Below are positions 13,268-25,090 of a DNA stretch of 64,000 nucleotides, in pieces. Each line of letters starts with the position of its first letter. The stretch's first letter is position 1. Origin of the DNA: Xylographa opegraphella (Eukaryota); the NCBI GenBank assembly GCA_022813865.1, contig JALDZX010000016.1, forward strand, positions 372,001 to 436,000, in the 5' to 3' direction. The translations under genes were made by a program, and so were the position numbers. The notes under the pieces were generated by a model that made no database searches, was not told where the DNA came from, and worked only from the letters and a program-made list of their open reading frames with translations.

Positions 13268-14022
13268 ATGCCTTCCGAAGCTGGACACCGATGTGAGTTG
13301 TGCTAAACCCCTCCTAGAAGATTTGTGCTACACGCAATTCCTGTATGCATAGCAACTGCCTTTGCGCATCATGTATCCATTGTAGCAGTTCACCTCTGAG
13401 TTAAGCTAACTCTTTGTGCCTCTATAGTATACGTCAAGTATGTCTCCTTCCACTCCGTACAACACCGGGAACGGTCCCTTGAGGCATAATGCAAAGTCCC
13501 TACCACATCTAGAATACGTGGAGATGGAAGGTGTTGGAGGCTGACAGCAGGATGCTCTGTAGGGGCCGGCATTTAAGTTATCAACGTGGAAAGCGCAACA
13601 CGAATCCCGGCACGAGGTGCGAATCTACACGCTCACACGCTTATTGGGACTGATAGGACTAACATTGCGACAGCCTAATCAAGATCGAGGGCGTAGACGA
13701 TCCAAAAGCGGCCACGTACGCATTTCTTACGCAAAATGACTTCCGTTATGGCTTACGGGGTGTACATACAGGTTCTACCTTGGTAAGAAGGTCGCATTTG
13801 TCTACCGTGCACAAAGGGAGGTCAGAGGTTCAAAGATTAGAGTCATTTGGGGAAAGGTTACCCGGCCACATGGTACGTTTCAGGGGAGGTCCATCGCGGA
13901 GGGTGTGGAACTGATGGTTTTTAGGTAATTCTGGAGTAGTGAGAGCACAGTTCCGACACAATTTGCCGCCGAAGTCATTCGGGGCATCAGTGAGAGTAAT
14001 GTTGTACCCATCCTCAATATAG
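13268..14022 (+). CDS. RPL33: 60S ribosomal protein eL33 (L33/L35a), several short exons
   Basis: Spliced translation [109 protein letters not shown]. Absent from the ORF track. Confidence 0.95.
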
Positions 14023-15018
14023 CAAACACTTGCTAGGCGGGAACGGGATATGGCACGGAAAGCTGGTGCATTTGCGCCGATATTCGCGGTTGAGCTCTCA
14101 GTCGTGTAGCTACCAAGGGTTCAAGCTCGTATTCAAATAAAGCAAGCAATGCCGGAGTTTTACCACCTTCACGAAAGCATTGAATGTCAATCTCTGATCG
14201 TGAATGATTCGGTATACCTTCACCTATTCATTTCCTCTCCCCACCGATCTTTACAAGCCTCGAAGTGATCGCAAGAATTTGAGCTAAGCCCTGATCTCTT
14301 GGCAGGCCGCGCAGGGTCCTTAATTGTGGCGCAATCATGATGAGACGATCCTGGTAACTTTACTTACGTAGCTCCAAATGCTACCTTCCGAGCCGGTGCG
14401 GCAAGCTTCTGTCCTCGTCGACCGTGTAATTCACGTGAAAGGTAGGAAGGTAGACATATGATTGTAGTGATAGCCAGTATAATTCTCGATTTGAACCGAG
14501 GTAGCCCTCCTGTATCGATCGTGCACATCTGTAGTCGGTATGTTCACAGTTGTACATTCTGCCAGCTTTGACCGGGGATTCAAATGGCGACCGAAACCTG
14601 GTTACCCTAGAAAGCGCAGCGGAGTAGCGCGGGAAGTCTGGTCTTATCGCTGGGATCAACCGCTTCCCAACCACTTTCAGTACTTTACACATTCCACATT
14701 CGTTTTACAATTATTGACCCGCTACAGGAGTTTTTCAGCTGCATGATAGTGTAGATGTTTCACGACTATCACTGTTCAACTCAGTAGCATTGCGCTCGTT
14801 TTCTTTGTACTATCCTGATTTCGCCCGCCGTACCCGCCTTAGTCGAACACGGATTCTTTCAAAATTCAACAGGCCGCCCCATCACTTTTACCAGTCACTC
14901 CTGTCGCTACACGAACACTACCCTAAGCATCTTTCCAATATAGCTTATAGTCCGGTTTCAAAATCCTGCTTCGGCCTTGATACTGCTGTGACCTCAGTCT
15001 TCAATCTCGAGCATCCAG

Positions 15019-16531
15019 ATGGCCTCGCACCAAAGCCAAAGTCGACCACGGTCAAAATCCATGCTTAGTTTTGGCAGTGTGAGGAGTCATCGAAGCACTG
15101 GGTCTGGAGGCAAGGTGGACTTGACCGAGACCGCCAAAGAAAAAGCTGGTCGTAGGATGACTTCCAAGGCGGATCCTACGAAGGCGATGAATGAAGCACA
15201 GCCAGGTGAGGAAGAGAGAAAGCTCTGGAAACACCTCGCTATAGTGATGCACAAGTGCTAATGTGCTGGCCACAGCGGTTCAAGCTCAAGAGGGATCTAC
15301 TTTGGAGTCCATTCGTAACATGCAGCACAGAGACGCCAGTGGCAATATTATCAGTACGTTATATGAACGTGTGTCTCCACTACTTGTCTCCAATAGCTAA
15401 TAGCTCATAGCCGACCCTGATCTGTCAAATCCTACCAGACCTCGACTCGAACGCCCTCTGGATACCATACGATCGTTTGAGGCTGCCATTGATGGTAGTT
15501 ACAGTCGAAGGTTCTCTACAAGAGTTGGTATGTGTACACCTCGAAAGCCGGAAAGCTCTGCGAAGCTCACATTTACATTACAGAGCCTCTTGATTCCGCA
15601 GTGGCACAAAGCCGACGGAGCAGTTACTTTATGGGTACGTATATTTTGCCTGAATAAATGCCCCTTATGATCGATGATGGTAGAGCTTTACGGATAGAGT
15701 GTTGGGAAGATGACGGAACTACTTCCGATTGAGAAGAAACTATCCTCTGGCCGCGTATCCTCTCGCTAGATTAGCCGATTTGCCGAGTTTTAGCCCCAAT
15801 AGCGGGACGAGCTAAATGTCCATCCTCGTGGCTGACTGTTCTCCTTAGGATACCATAACACAAATACCCAGCAACGGTTTCCTGGAGACAGTGGAGGATA
15901 CTATGGCAATCACGTCCCGAACAGCAGACCTGAGAGCTATGTTGACAATGGTGCGCACCAGCCAGGGCACCATTCACAAGCCCGTCGTTTTGGTCCACGC
16001 AATTTCTCGGATCCCGCTTTGTATGGCAGGCACAGTAATAACGGAGTGTATCCCACGCATGGCTACCAGCAGTCATATGATACCGTAACTTCAGGAACAG
16101 GAAGCCATGCCACAGATCAATGGGGCACTTCGACAGACCCAAGCAGCGAAAATAGTTCGATTGACAAGATCCAGCAAGTTCCGAAGCCGGACCTAGCCGA
16201 GACCTACGGTTTCAGCGGCTTTGGCGGAGCACCACAGTTTCAAGGCCCTATTCTTGAAGAACATGGTCAGGGTGCGCCAACATACGGGCAGCCTGGTTAT
16301 GGTCAGTCTCAAGGTCGTCCTAGCCCGAGTCGTGCTTATCAAGGCAATGGTACTCCACCTGCTCCACCACCACATGCTGTATTGAAGGATTCATCTTCCA
16401 GGTTGCCGATCAAGTTAGGCATCTCTTCCGGGGCAGGAAATTATACAAATGGTTCATCCCAAAGTGGTCGCACTGATGTCGGCGAAAAGAGGAAGAGCTG
16501 GCTTAAAAGACGGTTCAGCAAGAAGAATTAA
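15019..16531 (+). CDS. DUF2406 family protein (YMR295C/YGR273C-like), multi-exon
   Basis: KADPTKAMNEAQP, then QHRDASGNII, then DPDLSNPTRPRLERPLDTIRSFEAAIDG; low-complexity tail ending KRKSWLKRRFSKKN. Confidence 0.8.
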
Positions 16532-17043
16532 GCTCGCCAAATGTCTATAGGGTGCTGCGCTGAGGATTTCAATCGTCAAAATATTGGCTAAGAAGAAGAT
16601 TGCTAATTCATGGAGATCAGGCTTAGCTGGTGGTAGTTGTAATGTATAGAGCATTCTGGGTACGGTGGTCAGCATAACGAAGGGCATGGACTGGCGTTAA
16701 ATGGCACAGGCCTCGGATGCGGTGTGTGATTGTGTCAGCCGAGTTTCCGAAGAGTCGGAAATGGTGTCAGGCTCAGCATAGGACCTCCTAAACATACGCG
16801 TACGGGATATTCTAGCTATAACTTGTCTATAGTCTTTATAGCGGCCAGGTCGGTCCATCATGCATCATCATTATGACTGCTCCAGATGTCTTGATTTTTG
16901 GAAAGGACATTCGGTCCTCGGGCCAAGAAAGTCCACCCACTCCGAATTACCTTTATTGTAAAGGCATGCTTGGGCTAATGAAATGATGGAAGCTCGATGT
17001 TCTCAGTGGTCATGTATACACTAGGTCTAACCACTGGTCCATG

Positions 17044-17489
17044 TCATTCGCCCTTCCGCGCTTTTTCTTCCGCAGCAAGCCTGTCGCTTTGGTCTTCTTT
17101 CATTGCTACAATCACATACGCTACGAGAACAACGTTTGCCATTACAGCTGCCGTTGCTCCCGCCCATGTAGAGCTTCCTGAATGATTCAGCGCTGCAGGT
17201 GTAGCAGCACAAGATATCACTTACCACTGAAAACAGTGTTTAAGGTCAAGTAGTATGTGATGATAGGGCCTGCTACCATTGCCAAAGTGAAGCCAAGTAA
17301 TTTGTATATCACCGCGCTGCAGGAGGACTATTAGCAGAGCGCCGCGCTGTTCTAACCCAAACACAAAGGCGCTTACGCTGGGACTGCTGGAGCCACACTT
17401 GAGTTCTCAGTCGGAGCGGACAATGAAGTACTACCACTAGCTATGTTGAGGCTCCTCTGTTCAGCCGAAATTATCCTTCTAGAAGTCAT
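17044..17489 (-). CDS. VMA21: V-ATPase assembly factor Vma21 (3 exons)
   Basis: Exons 17489-17377, 17316-17225 and 17177-17044: ..[72 protein letters not shown]. Two TM helices and a basic C-terminus. Confidence 0.9.
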
Positions 17490-17562
17490 TGCTGTCTGAC
17501 TCGGGGGGTGGTGGTGGTGGTGGTGGGAAATGTGCTAGTGACGCAAGGTGAAGCGCGACTCC

Positions 17563-17568
17563 ACGCGT
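17563..17568. promoter_or_regulatory. MCB-like element (ACGCGT) in the VMA21/FUN30 divergent promoter
   Basis: Exact ACGCGT with a CGCG nearby, about 280 bp upstream of the FUN30 ATG. A short motif that could be chance. Confidence 0.35.
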
Positions 17569-17848
17569 TAAGTGCTAAATTGTTCACATCAACCTTGATC
17601 GATTATCTTCCTTCGCTGGGCTTTTCCTCATCTATCTATTGGAATCTCACGGACAAAGCTACGATCACAAACAAAGCTTCGATCGCACGGTCACTGTGAA
17701 CCACCCTTGATACTGTGCTGCTCTCATCTTCATTAAGGCCCAGGTCAATTTTACCACAACCTCATTAAAGAGTTAACACCCAAGCGATTGCTGATATCAG
17801 AGACCATGCGCTAACATTCAAAACTCGAGAGGAGCGTTGCCAGAGAGT

Positions 17849-20800
17849 ATGGACTCTGTTATGGATACCCCTATCAAGAGGAGGAAGACCGAAAATGGTC
17901 ATGTCGGCAGTCAGTCCTACAATTCCCAGGACGACAGTGGCGACGATCTCTTCGCTGATTTTGAGACCATCGCGACCGTCCCTCTGACTCCCAATCCCAG
18001 CACAAGAATGAATCGCGACAAATCTCCATCACCTGCTTCCTATGTTACTCAACCCACACAACTCTTTGACCGAGGCTTGCAGGGGCAAAGCCAATCGAAT
18101 CGGAAGCCGTCACTTGTGCAAGTTGCCGCCTCTTCGCCTCTCAGAGCATTGCCCATATCGTCGCCTGTAAGAAAGTCAGGCGGAATACTGGCCAATATCA
18201 TGGCACCTCCAGGTACAGCCTTCCAACTGCCAGTTGGTGTCTCTAAAGCCCCAACCAAACCGGCCGTGATTGACTTAAGTGACGACGAGTTGAGCATTCG
18301 ATACAGAGGTGGCTTGTCGGATGACGACTCGCAGCGTGACCGCGCTACCATTAAGCCATCCACTTTCATTCAACGAGCCCAACAACAGGCGAAATTAGAG
18401 AAAGACTCACCCACTAAGGGACTCAAGAAATTCAACGAGATCACTTCAAAGTCATTTTATAAGCCACTGGAAGTCAACGAAGCTAAGTGCCCAGCTTCGA
18501 CTCTTTCTGGCTCTATCTATGATTCCAGAAACCGAGATGAGAACAACACTAGCTCCAGAATAGCTGCCACAAAGAGGTCAGCCGACGTTATGGCAAACGC
18601 ATATGGGAGCTCCAGTAGGCCACAGAAGCAAGTGCGTCAGATGCTTCCAGCAAAAGCTAAACCTGTAGAGCTTATGAGTGTCGACGATATTCCAGATTGG
18701 GCATATAGAGACAAAGTTCGGCGGATGTTAATCATTGTACCGTTACAGACAGTCAACGACTGTTACACGGCGCTCGTTGACAAAAAGGGGAGCATGGATG
18801 ATGCATTGGAAGCCTTGACGACTGATGACCAAAAGTCTGGTCGAATTGATCTTACTATCTCTGATGACGAGCCCGCTGCTTGCAAACCAACATTGGTACG
18901 AAATCCACCAGCTAAGCAGCAACTCAAGGTCCCAAATAGAACCATTCAAGAGAAATATGCATCCACGCAAGCTGTGCCGCGTCAAACAAAAGTTGCAGTT
19001 ATTGCACCTGTTGCGCAACCTAAGAAGAGGGGGAAGCTTATAAGGGGCAGAAAAAACGCTTCATCTCCACCTCCGGTTGCTCTATCTCCTCAAGCTCCTG
19101 CCGTAGTCGCGAGACATATTACACCTGACTCGGTCGATACGGATTCGGGTGTTGGTTCGGAAGTAGAGGACGATCCTGTGCTTGACAATACTCTGCTTGC
19201 ATTCTTCAACACTTGCTCTGTTCAGGACCTCGCAGATATTGCGGCCATAAGCGAAGGACTTGCGGAACTGCTTTTATCTAGCAGACCCTTTCGGGGCCTT
19301 GATGAGGTACGGCAGGTATCGGATAATCCCAAGGCTGCGAATACCAAGAAAAGAGGTTATACGAAGAGGTCATTGGGAGAAAAGATAGTGGACACGTGTC
19401 AGACAGTATGGGCAGGATATGAAGCGGTTGATGAGCTTGTAAAGGAATGTGAAAGCCTGGGAAAACCGGTTGCAGAGGAGATGCGTCAATGGGGAATTAA
19501 TGTCTTTGGATCTAAGAACGGTGAGCTTGAGCTCGTTGACTTTACCCATTTAAATGCCGAGAAAGAAAGCCCGCGATCCACTGTGCACGATTCTGCGATT
19601 GGGACTCCGGCCAGTGGTTCAAGTGCAGCAGTGTCAGGGGACGAAGACCTTGACGGCGATGTACAGATGAGCTCAGAAACTCGTGCAAGAATGAAGACAA
19701 CCTTCCTCTCGCAGCCTGCAATCATGGCTCCGGGCATTACGCTCAAGGACTACCAAGTTGTTGGTATCAACTGGCTCTCACTTTTGTACGGGAAGAAGCT
19801 AAGCTGTATTCTTGCGGACGATATGGGTCTCGGAAAAACGTGCCAGGTTGTCGCTTTCTTAGCTAGCCTCTTCGACAAAGGTATCAAAGGGCCCCATCTT
19901 GTTGTGGTTCCGGGATCTACTTTGGAAAATTGGCTTCGAGAGTTTCAGAACTTTTGTCCGACTCTGGATGTGATGCCCTACTATGCTGGCAAAAGTGAGC
20001 GACCGAATATTCAGGATGACATTCTTGACAGAGCTGAGCTTCCAAACGTTATAATCACCACCTACGGTATTGCAAAGATCCCGGAGGATAACAAATTTTT
20101 GCGACGTCTCAAGCCGAGCGTCTGCGTCTTCGATGAGGGCCATCATCTTAAAAACAGCACTTCGAAGGTCTATCAAGCACTTATGAGGATTCCGGCTGAG
20201 TTTCGTCTCCTGCTAACAGGGACACCATTGCAAAATAATCTTGGAGAGCTGGCATCATTACTCGGTTTCATCTTGCCGAACTTATTCAAGAAGCATAGTG
20301 AAGAGCTTGAATCAATTTTCAATCACAGAGCAAAGACAACTGATGGAGATCACTCCGCATTACTTTCTGCCCAGCGGATAGCCAGGGCGCGATCAATGAT
20401 GGCCCCGTTCATCCTGCGGAGGAAAAAGCATCAAGTTTTGAAGCACTTGCCTCCCAAATCGAGGAGAGTAGAGTACTGTGATCTTTCGCCCTCTCAACAC
20501 GCGCTCTACACTGCCGAGCAGGAAAGGTTTTTGAAGAATGCAGAAGCGCGTAAAGCCGGTATCAGGACTGGTATGAATACCACGAATAATTTGATGAATC
20601 TCCGAAAAGCATCCATACATCCTCTACTATTTCGCCAAATCTATGATGATAAAACCCTCGGCAAGATGGCTAAACAAGCTGTGAAAGAGGACATATGGCG
20701 GGAAAGTGATGTGGACCTCGTATACGAAGACATGACAGTTATGACGGATTTTGAACTACACAGGCTCTGCGTTGACCATCCAGATTACATGAATTCATTC

Positions 20801-21403
20801 GTTCTTGACGAAGAGAAGTGGATGGACTCGGGAAAAGTGGCCAAACTTTGCGAACTCTTGACTGCATTTAAGGCAAATGGCGATCGCGTTTTAGTCTTCT
20901 CGCAATTTACTATGGTGATGAATATACTCGAAAGTGTCATGGAAACTCTAGGGATGCAATTCTTCCGTCTCGATGGAGACACGAACATAAACGAGCGGCA
21001 GCCTTTACTGGATCAATTTTACGCAGAGGAGGATATCACGGTCTTTATGCTTTCCACGAAAGCCGGCGGTCAAGGCATCAACCTAGCATGTGCTAATAAG
21101 GTTGTTATATTCGATTCGTCTTTCAATCCACAAGAGGATATACAGGCAGAGAACAGGGCACATCGAGTTGGACAGACACGTGAGGTGGAGGTTATCCGCC
21201 TTGTCACTCGAGGTACAATCGAAGAGAACATCCACCAGCTGGGAGAGACCAAACTTGCATTGGATGACCGCGTCGCCGGCGAAGGTGCTGAGGAATTTGA
21301 TAACAAGGACATTGAGAATAAGAAAGCGGAAGCGGTAGGTGAGAAGATGGTGGCAGAAATGATGCTGGCGCAGATCAAGGAAGAGAAACTCAAGAATGAT
21401 TGA
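17849..21403 (+). CDS. FUN30: SNF2-family chromatin remodeller Fun30/Fft/SMARCAD1-like, intronless
   Basis: LKDYQVVGINWL, ILADDMGLGKT, DEGH, LLTGTPLQNN, SGKV, QAENRAHRVGQ; CUE-like segment; first ATG at 17849. Confidence 0.92.
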   Translation: MDSVMDTPIKRRKTENGHVGSQSYNSQDDSGDDLFADFETIATVPLTPNPSTRMNRDKSPSPASYVTQPTQLFDRGLQGQSQSNRKPSLVQVAASSPLRALPISSPVRKSGGILANIMAPPGTAFQLPVGVSKAPTKPAVIDLSDDELSIRYRGGLSDDDSQRDRATIKPSTFIQRAQQQAKLEKDSPTKGLKKFNEITSKSFYKPLEVNEAKCPASTLSGSIYDSRNRDENNTSSRIAATKRSADVMANAYGSSSRPQKQVRQMLPAKAKPVELMSVDDIPDWAYRDKVRRMLIIVPLQTVNDCYTALVDKKGSMDDALEALTTDDQKSGRIDLTISDDEPAACKPTLVRNPPAKQQLKVPNRTIQEKYASTQAVPRQTKVAVIAPVAQPKKRGKLIRGRKNASSPPPVALSPQAPAVVARHITPDSVDTDSGVGSEVEDDPVLDNTLLAFFNTCSVQDLADIAAISEGLAELLLSSRPFRGLDEVRQVSDNPKAANTKKRGYTKRSLGEKIVDTCQTVWAGYEAVDELVKECESLGKPVAEEMRQWGINVFGSKNGELELVDFTHLNAEKESPRSTVHDSAIGTPASGSSAAVSGDEDLDGDVQMSSETRARMKTTFLSQPAIMAPGITLKDYQVVGINWLSLLYGKKLSCILADDMGLGKTCQVVAFLASLFDKGIKGPHLVVVPGSTLENWLREFQNFCPTLDVMPYYAGKSERPNIQDDILDRAELPNVIITTYGIAKIPEDNKFLRRLKPSVCVFDEGHHLKNSTSKVYQALMRIPAEFRLLLTGTPLQNNLGELASLLGFILPNLFKKHSEELESIFNHRAKTTDGDHSALLSAQRIARARSMMAPFILRRKKHQVLKHLPPKSRRVEYCDLSPSQHALYTAEQERFLKNAEARKAGIRTGMNTTNNLMNLRKASIHPLLFRQIYDDKTLGKMAKQAVKEDIWRESDVDLVYEDMTVMTDFELHRLCVDHPDYMNSFVLDEEKWMDSGKVAKLCELLTAFKANGDRVLVFSQFTMVMNILESVMETLGMQFFRLDGDTNINERQPLLDQFYAEEDITVFMLSTKAGGQGINLACANKVVIFDSSFNPQEDIQAENRAHRVGQTREVEVIRLVTRGTIEENIHQLGETKLALDDRVAGEGAEEFDNKDIENKKAEAVGEKMVAEMMLAQIKEEKLKND

Positions 21404-21866
21404 GCAGGTTCAACTCTCGGAGCAGAGGGTCAGGCACCCGGCTTTTAGGATTTTGTAAGCCATTGGATTAGTTCATGAAGCCCGAGGAATGGTTCTGGTG
21501 GAATCATTTGCTCCGCGAGTCTTTCCCTGCACAGCATTTGTATAACAATGAACTGGCGACAACCGAATGACAGCACAGTTTCATGGTTTCATTGCCAATT
21601 GGTGATTGAATGCCCTGCATTGCTGTAGCTCATCAAGTATTCCAGCACACGACCACATAAACCAAAGCCCGTTCGTCCACATCAAAGTGACCATCACACC
21701 GACGCATCTCCAGAAGTACTCATCAAATTAACCAACGAGACCCCTCCAAACCCTCCAACGCTCACCACAACCCCCTCTCACATTCAACCTTCGCTCTCCA
21801 AAAATACACACCCCCTCCCCCCATCTCTCCTCCCTCCCTGCCTTCCACCCACCCAAAACGCACACC

Positions 21867-22727
21867 ATGTCCCCTCCCCCCTCCCTCCCCCTCCTCCGCA
21901 CCACCTGGACAACCCTCTACAGCCACACACTCCCCGCCCTCGCCCTCTCCCACGCCCCCTCCCAACCCACCTGGCCCGTCCACCTCGACCACTGCTTCGC
22001 ACGCATCATCTACGATGCCGTCATCGGCGAAGGCGTCACGCCGTGGCCGACGCGCCTCCAAAGCCCCGCCGTGGCGCACATGAGCGCCGCGCAGCTACAG
22101 GCCTGCATCGCAATGGGGGAGGCCATCGCCGCGGGGCGCGTGGTGCTCGCGGAGGTGGACGAGCGCAGCCTCGCGGTGCGGGGCAAGAAGGGGAAGAAGA
22201 GGAAGCTGGGAGACGGGGATGGGCAGGAGGGTGGGAGGAAGAAGGGGGAGCGGGACGGGGATATCCGTGCTGTGATGGGGTTTGCGGCGGAGAAGCGAGG
22301 GGAGGTGACACCGCCGCGTACTGCGCGTTCGGCGTCTCTGTCGTCTTCGCCGGCTACGGATGCGGACCAGGATACAAGGGCCCTCATTGTCTCCTCTGGT
22401 CTGTCGCCCTTCCGCCAGCGCGTGCTGCTCGCCTTGACGCAGGTCCCGCCGGGCAAGTACACCACCTACGCCGCGCTGGCGGACTTTCTGGGGTCTGTGC
22501 CTCGCGCGGTGGGGAACGCGATGCGGAATAACCCCTTCGCGCCTGCGGTGCCGTGCCATCGCGTGCTGGCGGCGGATGGGGGCATTGGAGGGTTTGGGGG
22601 CGAGTGGGGCGGGAAGGGAGACGAGGGGGAGAGGATACGGAAGAAGAGGGAGCTGTTGCGGAGCGAGGGGGTGAGGTTCGATGGGCGGGGGAGGGTGGTT
22701 GGAGGGGTGTGGAGAGGGTTCGTGTGA
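21867..22727 (+). CDS. MGT1: Methylated-DNA-protein-cysteine methyltransferase (MGMT/Ogt) with an extra N-terminal domain
   Basis: C-terminal SPFRQRVLLALTQVPPGKYTTYAALA..PRAVGNAMRNNPFAPAVPCHRV with the active-site PCHR; N-terminal ~105 aa contains WPVHLDHCFARIIYD. Confidence 0.9.
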   Translation: MSPPPSLPLLRTTWTTLYSHTLPALALSHAPSQPTWPVHLDHCFARIIYDAVIGEGVTPWPTRLQSPAVAHMSAAQLQACIAMGEAIAAGRVVLAEVDERSLAVRGKKGKKRKLGDGDGQEGGRKKGERDGDIRAVMGFAAEKRGEVTPPRTARSASLSSSPATDADQDTRALIVSSGLSPFRQRVLLALTQVPPGKYTTYAALADFLGSVPRAVGNAMRNNPFAPAVPCHRVLAADGGIGGFGGEWGGKGDEGERIRKKRELLRSEGVRFDGRGRVVGGVWRGFV

Positions 22728-22834
22728 GAGGCTTTGGGGTGGGCTATATGCTGTGTACGGACCTCTGGACGAGACAGTGGCTGGAGTCACAGCATGCTCA
22801 GGCCGACGAAATAATGCGTTTGATATATTCTGTT

Positions 22835-24247
22835 CTACAACTCGTCTCGTACCCGCTCGCCATCTGCCAAAGGCGCAGGTGGCTCCTCGAACATCCGCTT
22901 TTTTGGATTCGGAGGCTCATCCGCAGTTCTTTCCCTGAGGACGGTATCTTGACCTGCGTGGGCTGGCTGGAGCGTCTCACTGTCTGATTGGCTTGACTGT
23001 TCGCCTTGCCTACTATTTTCTGCCATTTGGCCAACTTTATCTGATAGGCTGCCCTCGTTCAAACTGGAAGGCTCAGAGCCGTCAAATCTCTTATCTTTAC
23101 TTCCGGCGCCCACATTTATATACGGCGCTGACATATCCGCGCGGAACCGGGGACTTTTACCTGTAGCACTAGGCTTTATGATCAAGCTTGTCGAGCTGGA
23201 TATCTCGGTCGATACGTTTGAGAGAGCACTACTTGGGCTCGAGCCTCCAATCGCACCTGCAAAGCTGATAAAAGCACCAATGGAAACTTGAACGAACAGT
23301 GTCACAAGAGATAACATCCACTTCACTGGGTAGAAGAATAGCCTAGCGGGACCGAGTAGAAAACGCCGGAAGATGAGCCAGACAATAGTGGCTGCGATAA
23401 CTTTGAACGCGGACTCGAGATACCAGGTGTCCGATTTCTGCGAAGATATAAGGGTAGAAACTAGAGAACGAGAGGAGGAAAGGAGGTCGTCAAGAGTGCT
23501 ATAATTTTCGTTAAGTGCGCTAAGAGCTGCTGTGGACTGCTCTGTTTAATTGTCCGTGTCAGCACGCCAACTGCATGAGATAGAATGCATGACTGACTGA
23601 GTGTATCATTGGCAAATTGACTTCTGGATAACTCGGCTTGCATCAATTGATGGGTCCTTCTCAGTGCAGCAGTTACGTCGCTGGAAGCGTTGACAAGCAA
23701 ATCGTCCTGTGAAACCTTCTCGTGGCCCTTGTGCCGTACAGAGCCAGTTGTGTTGCTCCCCTCTTGGATGCCTGCGAATAGCTGTTCCCGCTCCTTCCGT
23801 TTAACAGCTTCTTCGTTGCGCTTAGCCTGCAACTGGGCCTTGCGGAACTGGGCACGTGCTCTATAGACAAATCAGTGAGCAACAGATTATCAATATCAAA
23901 AAATTCACGCACAGCTTCAGGTCCTCCCCAAGACGCTCGAGCTGTGTGAGAAGCGTGATCCGCTCTCTATCTTTCTCGCTATCAAGCCGTCTAACTCCAG
24001 AAGCCCAGCTACCACTACTGTCAAGGTCTTCGACTTCTTGTTTTAGAAGGTCGTAGTCTTCCTCTTGCTCTTTGAGACTTTGGTGGATTTCGGCGCTGAG
24101 CTCGACACGGCTTTCCGCTTCGTCAGGATGGGGTGAGCTGGTATTTGATAGAGCGGAGAGCTTTGATAGCTTGGCAATGAGACTTGATACTTCGTGGAGA
24201 GCCTCGGAGAGAGATTTGAGGCGTAGATTGAGCTCTTGCGTTGTCAT
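22835..24247 (-). CDS. SEC20: ER SNARE Sec20 (3 exons)
   Basis: SSDVTAALRRTHQLMQAELSRSQFA..QSTAAL..LSSSRSLVSTL..KSDTWYL Sec20 domain, a TM segment, and a luminal tail ending RDEL. Confidence 0.9.
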
Positions 24248-24574
24248 GACACTTTGGGTGATGCTGATTGCAAAGGGGGATTGCTACCTAGTACTACGTA
24301 GCGACATAGTTATTGTCGAGGGAGCTGTCCAGTTTGGCGATGACGGATGATCAACCGCTATCCTAGTTAGTCCTAGTGCTCGAGGTATTTTTGCAAGGAT
24401 TAAAGAACAATGCAGACTACTGACTTCCAATAGTTAGACAAAACTCGAGGAAAGCCCTTATCGTAGAAGGTTATAAGGGTTGTCGGTCTTGAAGGCTAAG
24501 TACGATTCATTCACGAGGTAGCTGCCAGATCGCGCGAGACTAATCGCTCCCACAGCACCTATGTACACACCGCC

Positions 24575-24917
24575 ATGATCACCAAGTTCATCACCGATGT
24601 CTCTACCAAGTTCAATCCTTTCGCAAAACGGGCCAAGACCTGCCGTATATTCCTTGCGCAACTACCGCCTAATGCGCGGCAAACTATGAAGATTAATACC
24701 AAGCTACTACCTCGTGGTAGTAAGGAAGCAAGTACTTTGAGCTTGAAATTCAGTACGTCTGTCGGCCCACGCTATGGTATATTGTTGACGCTTATTCGCA
24801 GAGGATGGCAAGGAAATGCAACTGGACACTGAAAAGCTTAGTATCAAGGATGTTATGGACGAGGTAGACCGCCACTCTAGAGGGTTGAACCGTCAAGCAA
24901 ACTTATTAGGCAATTAA
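24575..24917 (+). CDS. MRPL44: Mitochondrial ribosomal protein mL53 (2 exons)
   Basis: MITKFITDVSTKFNPF..LSLKF, intron, DGKEMQLDTEKLSIKDVMDEVDRHSR..; stop at 24917. Confidence 0.9.
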
Positions 24918-25090
24918 GCTTCAAACATCAGTCAAAGCATAAGCGACGGAGTTAGGATACTGGAACTTTTTCACAAGGGACTTCTGTATCTATATATGCT
25001 CTTCTTATACTATCAGCAGCAATCACCTCGATGCACCAATATGCCTTAACATGCGCACGATATGGTTTATCTCCGAACCAGGGACCATTC

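Noticed and set aside
17027..17227. Cys-rich ORF resembling a metallothionein (SCNGKRCSRSVCDC..ACCG)
   Set aside because: It is an alternative frame over VMA21 exon 3, which explains the sequence far better.
21762..22987. Many long overlapping ORFs on both strands around MGMT
   Set aside because: Expected from very high GC content and scarcity of stop codons; no recognisable motifs.
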